Positions 54,410 through 64,000 of a stretch of DNA of 64,000 nt are shown here, one piece after another; the first letter of the stretch is position 1, and each line of letters begins with the position of its first letter. The stretch is taken from NCBI GenBank assembly GCA_019118665.1, contig DWYM01000083.1, positions 588 to 64,587 of the forward strand. Reading direction: 5' to 3'. Below the pieces are notes generated by a model. That model saw only the letters and a list, made by a program, of their open reading frames with translations. It made no database searches and had not been told where the DNA came from. The stretch is from Candidatus Mediterraneibacter intestinipullorum. GTDB taxonomy: Bacteria > Bacillota > Clostridia > Lachnospirales > Lachnospiraceae. The translations under genes and the position numbers were made by a program.

Positions 54410-54437
54410 TAAATATACAGAGCAGGAGGAAAAATAA

Positions 54438-54875
54438 ATGTATACAGAGAAAGTAATGGACCATTTTCAGCATCCGAGAAATGTAGGAGAGATAGAAAAC
54501 GCCAGCGGAGTCGGCACAGTCGGAAACGCAAAGTGCGGCGATATCATGAGGATCTATCTTGATATTGATGAGAACCAGATCATCCGTGATGTGAAGTTTA
54601 AGACATTTGGCTGCGGCGCGGCAGTGGCGACCAGCAGCATGGCAACAGAGCTTGTCAAGGGAAAGAATGTCCAGGAGGCGATGCAGATCACAAACAAAGC
54701 GGTTATGGAAGCGCTGGATGGGCTTCCGCCGGTGAAGGTGCACTGTTCCCTTCTTGCAGAGGAAGCGATCCACGCGGCGCTCTGGGATTACGCCGAGAAG
54801 AATGGGATCAAGATCGAGGGTCTGGAGAAGCCGAAGTCTGACATCCATGAAGACGAGGAAGAAGAGGAGTACTGA
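54438..54875 (+). CDS. iscU: Fe-S scaffold NifU/IscU
   Basis: PRNVG, CGD, FGCG, LPPVKVHCS. Confidence 0.96.
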   Translation: MYTEKVMDHFQHPRNVGEIENASGVGTVGNAKCGDIMRIYLDIDENQIIRDVKFKTFGCGAAVATSSMATELVKGKNVQEAMQITNKAVMEALDGLPPVKVHCSLLAEEAIHAALWDYAEKNGIKIEGLEKPKSDIHEDEEEEEY

Positions 54876-55957
54876 TGAGCAGAGTAGTTGTCGGGATGTC
54901 GGGGGGCGTGGACTCTTCGGTGGCGGCGTATCTTCTGAAAGAACAGGGATATGACGTGATCGGTGTGACCATGAAGATCTGGCAGGAAGAAGATGTCTGT
55001 TCCATAGAAGAGAACGGAGGATGCTGCGGCCTGAGCGCTGTTGAGGACGCCAGGCGCGTGGCCGCCGCTCTGGAGATCCCTTTCTATGTGATGAACTTTA
55101 AAAAGGAATTCCGTGAAAGGGTGATCGATTATTTTACAGAGGAATATCTCAATGGGCGCACCCCTAATCCATGCATTGCCTGTAACCGGTATGTGAAGTG
55201 GAAAGCGCTCTTAAACCGTAGTCTGTCCATCGGGGCAGACTATATTGCCACCGGGCATTATGCGCGGATCGAACAGCTTCCAAGCGGCAGGTATACACTC
55301 AGGAGATCGGCTGCACTGGCAAAAGATCAGACCTATGCCCTTTACAATCTGACGCAGGAACAGCTGAAAAGGACACTGATGCCGGTCGGGACATATTCAA
55401 AGGACCAGATACGCTCAATGGCAGATCAGATCGGCCTCCTTGTGGCAGACAAGCCGGACAGTCAGGACATTTGTTTTGTCCCGGATGGAGATTATGCTTC
55501 TTTTATAGAGGATGAGGTGAGAGAGAAGGCCGGGAGAGAGCTTCCGACAGGAAATTTTGTGACTTTGGACGGACGTGTCCTGGGACAGCATAAAGGGATC
55601 GTCCACTATACAGTGGGACAGAGAAAGGGACTGGGGCTGGCTCTGGGATATCCGGCATTTGTGCTGGAAATCCGTCCGGAGACAAATGAAGTCGTCATCG
55701 GTACTTATGAAGAGTCCCTCACCCATGCTGTCCGTGCGGACCATCTGAACTTCATGTCAGTGGAAGATCTGACAGAGCCAAAACGTGTCTTTGCCAAAAT
55801 ACGCTATAATCACAAGGGCGCGTGGTGTACTGTGGAAAAGACAGGGGCGGACGAGATCGTCTGTCATTTTGAGGAAGCCCAGAGAGCAGTGACGCCGGGA
55901 CAGGCTGTAGTTCTCTATGACGGTGAATATGTGCTGGGAGGAGGTACGATCCTGTGA
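54875..55957 (+). CDS. mnmA: tRNA 2-thiouridylase
   Basis: MSGGVDS, PNPCIACN, ATGHYA, KDQTY, DSQDICF, PGQ. Confidence 0.97.
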   Translation: MSRVVVGMSGGVDSSVAAYLLKEQGYDVIGVTMKIWQEEDVCSIEENGGCCGLSAVEDARRVAAALEIPFYVMNFKKEFRERVIDYFTEEYLNGRTPNPCIACNRYVKWKALLNRSLSIGADYIATGHYARIEQLPSGRYTLRRSAALAKDQTYALYNLTQEQLKRTLMPVGTYSKDQIRSMADQIGLLVADKPDSQDICFVPDGDYASFIEDEVREKAGRELPTGNFVTLDGRVLGQHKGIVHYTVGQRKGLGLALGYPAFVLEIRPETNEVVIGTYEESLTHAVRADHLNFMSVEDLTEPKRVFAKIRYNHKGAWCTVEKTGADEIVCHFEEAQRAVTPGQAVVLYDGEYVLGGGTIL

Positions 55958-56817
55958 GCCGGGAAAGAGGAAAACTGACAGGAGGGATCCTGTGTGATTC
56001 CCATATGCATACGGAGTTTTCGACAGACAGCGAAGCGTCGGTGAGAAGCATGCTTGATGCGGCATTAGCCCGCGGACTCAGGGCAGTCTGCATCACAGAC
56101 CACATGGATCTGGATTTCCCGCATCAGGAGGGAATGGAGGATTTTGGAGAAAATCCTCCATTCTTGTTCGATGTGGAACAGTATTTTAATACGCTCATTT
56201 CGCTCCGGGAGGAATACCGCGGCCGTCTGGAGGTGCGGATCGGGATCGAGATCGGTCTGCAGCCCCACCTGGGAGAAAGGTATCGGGAACTGGTACAGGC
56301 ATATCCTTTAGACTATGTGATCGGTTCGGTCCATCTGATCCGGGGGATGGATCCTTATTACGGAAAGCTGTTTGAGGGCAGACCAGATGAGGAAGCGTAC
56401 AGGGAAGCTTTTGCCGAGACTCTGCACTGTCTTGAAGGCGTGAGTGATTTTGATTCCCTCGGACATCTGGATTATGTGGTGCGTTACGGAAAGCATCAGG
56501 CAGAGGAGTATTCCTATCGGAAGTTTTCGGATGAGATCGACGAAGTGCTGAAAAAGCTGATCTCTATGGGCAAAGGACTGGAGATGAACACAGGCGGCCT
56601 CAAATACGGTCTCGGCTTCTGCAATCCTCATCCGGACGTGGTGAAACGCTACCGTGAGCTGGGCGGGGAGATCATTACCATAGGGGCCGACGCGCACAGA
56701 GCGGAGCATGTGGCGTATGAATTCGAAAAAGCGGCAGAGATACTTAAGGCATGCGGTTTCCGATATTATGCGGAATATAAGGGGCGCGCTCCGGAGTTCA
56801 GGAACATAGACTTGTAA
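55954..56817 (+). CDS. PHP-family phosphatase (histidinol phosphatase HisJ-like)
   Basis: DSHMHT, ITDH, GSVH, GHLD, GADAH. Confidence 0.85.
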   Translation: MSRERGKLTGGILCDSHMHTEFSTDSEASVRSMLDAALARGLRAVCITDHMDLDFPHQEGMEDFGENPPFLFDVEQYFNTLISLREEYRGRLEVRIGIEIGLQPHLGERYRELVQAYPLDYVIGSVHLIRGMDPYYGKLFEGRPDEEAYREAFAETLHCLEGVSDFDSLGHLDYVVRYGKHQAEEYSYRKFSDEIDEVLKKLISMGKGLEMNTGGLKYGLGFCNPHPDVVKRYRELGGEIITIGADAHRAEHVAYEFEKAAEILKACGFRYYAEYKGRAPEFRNIDL

Positions 56818-56965
56818 TAAATTAGTATTTAGCACTTGAATTTTTGTTTCCACTTTAGTACAATTATGCTAGTTGATGAATCCTTAACAATGTTTTGCAG
56901 ATAAGGATTCATTGTCATGGCTGTAACGCAGTCAAATAATTTCAAATTCTTAGGAGGAATTAATC

Positions 56966-57985
56966 ATGGCAGTAAAAGTAGCGATTAATGGATTTGGACG
57001 TATCGGACGTCTCGCTTTCAGACAGATGTTTGGAGCAGAAGGGTTTGAGATCGTGGCAATCAACGACCTTACATCCCCGAAGATGCTGGCTCACTTACTG
57101 AAATATGACTCAACACAGGGCAGATACGCGCTTGCTGACAAGGTTGAGGCTGGAGAGGACTCCATCACAGTTGACGGAAAAGAGATCAAGATCTACGCAA
57201 AAGCTGACGCAAAAGAGCTTCCCTGGGGACAGATCGGTGTTGATGTAGTTCTTGAGTGTACAGGATTCTACACATCCAAGGCAAAAGCTCAGGCGCACAT
57301 TGACGCAGGCGCTAAGAAAGTCATCATCTCCGCTCCGGCAGGAAATGACCTTCCGACGATCGTTTACAATGTAAATCACGAGACACTTACAAAGTCTGAT
57401 GACATCATTTCCGCAGCATCCTGTACAACAAACTGCCTTGCTCCGATGGCTAAGGCTCTGAACGACCTTGCACCGGTTAAGTCTGGTATCATGTGCACGA
57501 TCCACGCTTACACAGGCGATCAGATGACACTTGACGGACCGCAGAGAAAAGGCGATCTGAGAAGATCCCGCGCTGCAGCTGTCAACATCGTTCCGAACAG
57601 CACAGGCGCGGCTAAGGCTATCGGCCTTGTTATCCCGGAACTGAACGGCAAGCTCATCGGTTCTGCTCAGCGTGTTCCGACTCCGACAGGCTCTACAACG
57701 ATCCTGACAGCGGTTGTTGAGGGAGAAGTTACAGTTGATCAGATCAACGCAGCTATGAAGGCAGCGGCGAACGAGTCCTATGGATACACAACAGACGAGA
57801 TCGTTTCCAGCGATATCGTTGGTATGACATATGGTTCTCTGTTTGACGCAACACAGACAATGGCTCTTCCGGTTGGCGACGGCACAACAGAGGTTCAGGT
57901 TGTTTCATGGTATGACAACGAGAACTCTTACACAAGCCAGATGGTAAGAACGATCAAATACTTCGGAAAACTGCTTGAGGCTTAA
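56966..57985 (+). CDS. gap: Glyceraldehyde-3-phosphate dehydrogenase
   Basis: [22 protein letters not shown]. Confidence 0.99.
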   Translation: MAVKVAINGFGRIGRLAFRQMFGAEGFEIVAINDLTSPKMLAHLLKYDSTQGRYALADKVEAGEDSITVDGKEIKIYAKADAKELPWGQIGVDVVLECTGFYTSKAKAQAHIDAGAKKVIISAPAGNDLPTIVYNVNHETLTKSDDIISAASCTTNCLAPMAKALNDLAPVKSGIMCTIHAYTGDQMTLDGPQRKGDLRRSRAAAVNIVPNSTGAAKAIGLVIPELNGKLIGSAQRVPTPTGSTTILTAVVEGEVTVDQINAAMKAAANESYGYTTDEIVSSDIVGMTYGSLFDATQTMALPVGDGTTEVQVVSWYDNENSYTSQMVRTIKYFGKLLEA

Positions 57986-58149
57986 TCTCTTTTCTGAAAA
58001 ATGAGGACAAGCGCTCAGGAGATGATTCTGAATCATTGACTCACAATGGGGTCCGGTCTTATTGTAGGACCGGGCCTTATTAAATTTAAAACATGCGGGG
58101 AAGGTATTCCCGGCATGAATGGTATAAAAAGTATCAGGAGGCTATTAAA

Positions 58150-59349
58150 ATGGCAGCACTTAATAAAAAATCAGTAGACGATATCAATGTAAAAGGAAAA
58201 AGAGTCCTTGTAAGATGTGACTTCAACGTACCGCTCCAGGATGGGAAGATAACAGACGAGAACCGTATCGTAGCAGCTCTTCCGACGATCAAAAAGCTGA
58301 TCGCTGACGGAGGAAAAGTGATCCTCTGCTCACACCTCGGAAAACCGAAGGGAGAGCCGAAGCCGGAGCTGTCCCTTGCGCCGGTTGCGGTAAGACTTTC
58401 CGAGCTCCTCGGACAGGAAGTAAAATTCGCGGCTGATCCGGAGGTTGTGGGACCGAACGCTAAGGCGGCGGTAGAAGCGATGAAGGACGGAGACGTAGTT
58501 CTACTTGAGAATACACGTTACAGAGCAGAAGAGACAAAGAACGGTGAAGCGTTCTCCAAAGATCTTGCTTCTCTGTGCGATGTATTTGTAAACGATGCAT
58601 TCGGCACGGCGCACAGAGCTCACTGCTCAAATGTAGGTGTGACGCAGTATGTTGACACAGCGGTTGTAGGCTATTTAATGCAGAAAGAAATCGATTTCCT
58701 TGGAAATGCGGTAGAAAACCCGGAGAGACCATTCGTAGCAATCCTGGGAGGCTCCAAGGTTTCCAGCAAGATTTCCGTTATCAACAACCTGCTTGATAAA
58801 GTGGATACCCTTATCATCGGCGGCGGAATGTGCTATACATTTACAAAAGCCCAGGGTGGAAATGTAGGAAATTCTCTTCTGGAGGAAGATTACCTCCAGT
58901 ACGCGCTTGATATGGTGAAGAAAGCGGAGGAGAAAGGAGTAAAACTTCTTCTTCCTGTTGACTCTGTTGCGGCAGACGCGTTTTCTAATGATGCAGATAC
59001 AAAAGTGGTCGCTCAGGGCGAGATCCCGGACGGCTGGATGGGTCTTGATATCGGACCGGAGACTGCCAGGATGTATGCGGACGCTGTAAGATCAGCCAAG
59101 ACAGTCGTATGGAACGGACCGATGGGATGCTTTGAGATGCCGAAATTTGCCGATGGGACAAAGGCGGTTGCAGAGGCTCTTGCCAACACAGACGCGGTGA
59201 CCATCATTGGCGGTGGCGATTCCGCGGCAGCAGTAAACCAGCTCGGCTACGGCGATAAGATGACACATATCTCAACAGGCGGCGGCGCTTCTCTTGAATT
59301 CCTTGAAGGAAAAGAACTGCCGGGCGTAGCGGCAGCGAACGACCGTTAA
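58150..59349 (+). CDS. pgk: Phosphoglycerate kinase
   Basis: [34 protein letters not shown]. Confidence 0.99.
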   Translation: MAALNKKSVDDINVKGKRVLVRCDFNVPLQDGKITDENRIVAALPTIKKLIADGGKVILCSHLGKPKGEPKPELSLAPVAVRLSELLGQEVKFAADPEVVGPNAKAAVEAMKDGDVVLLENTRYRAEETKNGEAFSKDLASLCDVFVNDAFGTAHRAHCSNVGVTQYVDTAVVGYLMQKEIDFLGNAVENPERPFVAILGGSKVSSKISVINNLLDKVDTLIIGGGMCYTFTKAQGGNVGNSLLEEDYLQYALDMVKKAEEKGVKLLLPVDSVAADAFSNDADTKVVAQGEIPDGWMGLDIGPETARMYADAVRSAKTVVWNGPMGCFEMPKFADGTKAVAEALANTDAVTIIGGGDSAAAVNQLGYGDKMTHISTGGGASLEFLEGKELPGVAAANDR

Positions 59350-59351
59350 GC

Positions 59352-59446
59352 GGCGTATATGCCCTGATTGCGGCGTCAGATGCGGCTTGACGTACTCTTT
59401 TTGTACGCCAGCGCCGCGTCTTCCTTGCACTCAGAACATATCCGCC
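59352..59446. repeat. About 95-nt imperfect hairpin (REP-like element)
   Basis: Nested pairing GGCG.ATATG/CATAT.CGCC, CTGA/TCAG, AGATGCGGC/GCCGCGTCT, CGTAC/GTACG. Confidence 0.55.
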
Positions 59447-59508
59447 TTCTTACCGGGGGCGAGTCGCAGCAAGAAAATCGATAATAAATAGGGAGGAGAA
59501 ATAACAAA

Positions 59509-60258
59509 ATGGCAAGAAAAAAAATCATTGCAGGCAACTGGAAAATGAACAAGACTCCCAGCGAGGCAGTTGCGCTTGTAGAAGAGCTGAAACCCCTCGT
59601 AGCTAATGACGAGGTTGACGTAGTGTTCTGCGTTCCGACGATCGATATCGTTCCGGTCGTTGAGGCAGTAAAAGGCACGAACATCCAGGTTGGCGCTGAA
59701 AACATGTATTTCGAGGAGAGCGGAGCTTACACAGGTGAGATCGCTCCGGCTATGCTCGTGGATGCGGGCGTGAAATATGTTGTTCTCGGACACTCTGAGA
59801 GAAGAGATTATTTCGGCGAGACAAATGAAGATGTAAACAAGAAAGTCCTCAAAGCGCTTGAACACGGCATCACACCGATCATGTGCTGCGGCGAGACTCT
59901 GGAGCAGAGAGAGCAGGGCGTGACAATGGACTTTATCCGCCAGCAGGTGAAGGTAGGTCTCCAGAACGTAACAGCTGACCAGGCGAAGACCGTGGTAATC
60001 GCTTACGAGCCAATCTGGGCCATCGGAACGGGAAAGACGGCTACGACCGAGCAGGCTGAGGAAGTATGCAAGGGCATCCGCGAGTGCATCGCTGAAGTTT
60101 ATGACCAGGCGACAGCAGATGCGATCCGCATCCAGTACGGCGGTTCTGTAAATGCAGGAAATGCGGCAGAGCTGTTTGCACAGGCTGACATTGACGGCGG
60201 TCTGGTAGGCGGCGCTTCCCTGAAAGCTGATTTCGGAAAGATCGTAAACTATAAATAA
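59509..60258 (+). CDS. tpiA: Triosephosphate isomerase
   Basis: [36 protein letters not shown]. Confidence 0.99.
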   Translation: MARKKIIAGNWKMNKTPSEAVALVEELKPLVANDEVDVVFCVPTIDIVPVVEAVKGTNIQVGAENMYFEESGAYTGEIAPAMLVDAGVKYVVLGHSERRDYFGETNEDVNKKVLKALEHGITPIMCCGETLEQREQGVTMDFIRQQVKVGLQNVTADQAKTVVIAYEPIWAIGTGKTATTEQAEEVCKGIRECIAEVYDQATADAIRIQYGGSVNAGNAAELFAQADIDGGLVGGASLKADFGKIVNYK

Positions 60259-60295
60259 GCGAAAAACTGTTTTTGCCGTGAGACAGCGGCAGGAG

Positions 60296-60331
60296 TACAG
60301 CCCGGATGAAATACTGTTCATCCGGGCTGTA
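60296..60331 (+). terminator. Hairpin after tpiA
   Basis: 15-bp stem TACAGCCCGGATGAA/TTCATCCGGGCTGTA; weak T tail. Confidence 0.6.
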
Positions 60332-60451
60332 TCTGTTACTGCATGATGAGACATTAACTGTTGTATAAATTTACTAAAATAAGGTTTCGTTATTTGTCTG
60401 ATATGACAATGGACATAAAAGGTGAGCTTTGATATAATCTATACGTCAATT

Positions 60452-60531
60452 AGATTGTTACTCTTTGAGGCATTACTGATGACATTAGTCACTTACAGAG
60501 TGACGTGTTTTTGTGCCTTGAGGAGTTTTTT
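60452..60531 (+). promoter_or_regulatory. RAT antiterminator and overlapping terminator upstream of licT
   Basis: AGATTGTTACT...AGGCATTACT resembles the RAT consensus; CTCTTTGAGGCA/TGCCTTGAGGAG plus T run. Confidence 0.75.
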
Positions 60532-60545
60532 TGTTGGAGACAAAA

Positions 60546-61392
60546 ATGCGTATTGTAAAGAAGCTGAATAATAATTTCGCTATCTGTGTTGACGGAGAGG
60601 GGAAAGAGCTGATCGCAGTGGGAAAGGGAATCGGCTTTCCCAAGACGCCTTATGAGCTGGAAGATCTGAACCTGATCACACGGACATTTTATGACATTGA
60701 CCCCAAATATATCGAGCTCTTTAACGAGATTCCTGAGACGGTTATTCATTTTACCGCGAAGCTTGTGGATATTGCCCGCAATGAGCTGGATTATGAATTG
60801 AATCCCAATCTGGTCGTGACAATGTCAGACCATATAAATTTTTGTATCCAGAGGACAAAAAAAAGAAATTTATGTACAGATGCCTCTGATCTATGAAGTG
60901 GAACAGTCTTTTCCATCGGAAGCAAAACTTGGGAGATATGCTGTAAAGCAGATCGAGCGCCGTTTCCACATCAGGCTCAATCAGAATGAGGCGTCGGGCA
61001 TCGCGATGGGGTTTGTGAACGCACGATACAATACGAAAAGCAGGACCGACGTCACAGAGGACCTGCAGAGACAGTATGATGAGATCCTGGAGGATACGAT
61101 CAGTATCGTGGAGGATGAAATGGGGATCATGATCGAGAGGGATTCTTTTAATTTTGCCAGGTATTGTTCTCATCTGATGTACCTGCTCAACCGGATCGCA
61201 AGTCAACAGACGCTGGATTCTGATAATGGCATTATGTATCTGTCCATGCAGGAGGAGTTTCCAAAGATCGCGGCGTGTGTGGATCAGATTGCCGGATATT
61301 TCCACAGAAAGCTAAAGATTGACCTATCGAAAGAAGAAAAATTATATTTGATCCTGCATATCAATCGGATATGTACGAAAGAAGGATTGTAA
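60546..61392 (+). pseudogene. licT: BglG/LicT antiterminator split by a +1 frameshift in A8 (60857-60864)
   Basis: CAT domain MRIVKKLNNN...GKGIGF and PRD motifs lie in two overlapping ORFs; removing one A gives CIQRTKKEIYVQMPLIYEV. Confidence 0.85.
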
Positions 61393-61461
61393 CCAGATCG
61401 GGCATTACCTTCCATGACAGGCTATCTGCGCGCGGCGCGGGCCTGTTGTGGAAGGTTTTTC
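61384..61461 (+). promoter_or_regulatory. Second RAT and terminator upstream of the PTS gene
   Basis: GGATTGTAACC...GGGCATTACC; ACCTTCCATGACAGGC/GCCTGTTGTGGAAGGT plus T run. Confidence 0.8.
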
Positions 61462-61583
61462 CATCTCCGGGGAAAAGCGCGCAGGAACCGGAATACATAC
61501 AGCGCCGCAAAAAGACGGCGCATGACTACACTAACTACACGGACTACATGAATATTCCAGGAAGCATACAGGAGGAAGAGACA

Positions 61584-64000
<2,417 letters not shown>

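Noticed and set aside
61371-61583. Upstream extension of the PTS ORF and three ACTACA repeats at 9-bp period (61525-61549)
   Set aside because: The extension crosses the RAT terminator; the repeats are too short to interpret.

Overview
Chromosomal segment of a spore-forming anaerobic Bacillota, most consistent with Lachnospiraceae (gene order and protein style; inferred, not searched). Most of it is core genome: efp, nfo, tig-clpP-clpX-lon-engB-ytvI, recA-recX-rny, spoIIM/spoVB, iscR-iscS-iscU-mnmA, gap-pgk-tpiA, one tRNA-Arg(CCG) and a beta-glucoside PTS operon. The accessory parts are: (i) 1-7.3 kb, a GHKL sensor kinase divergent from a promoter with LytTR-type direct repeats that drives a small membrane-anchored protein and a giant secreted surface protein with a putative three-fold beta-prism (MABP-like) domain, now broken by deletions and frameshifts and fused tail-to-tail to a truncated LysR; (ii) 16-21 kb, DUF5688, a sortase-anchored thioester/isopeptide/ester adhesin and a heptad-repeat gene with an internal TAG; (iii) a class I nrdAB pair coupled to ytvI. 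Several intergenic regions hold unexplained structured elements. I saw no CRISPR array, integrase, transposase or reverse transcriptase. Family assignments are from motif recognition only.
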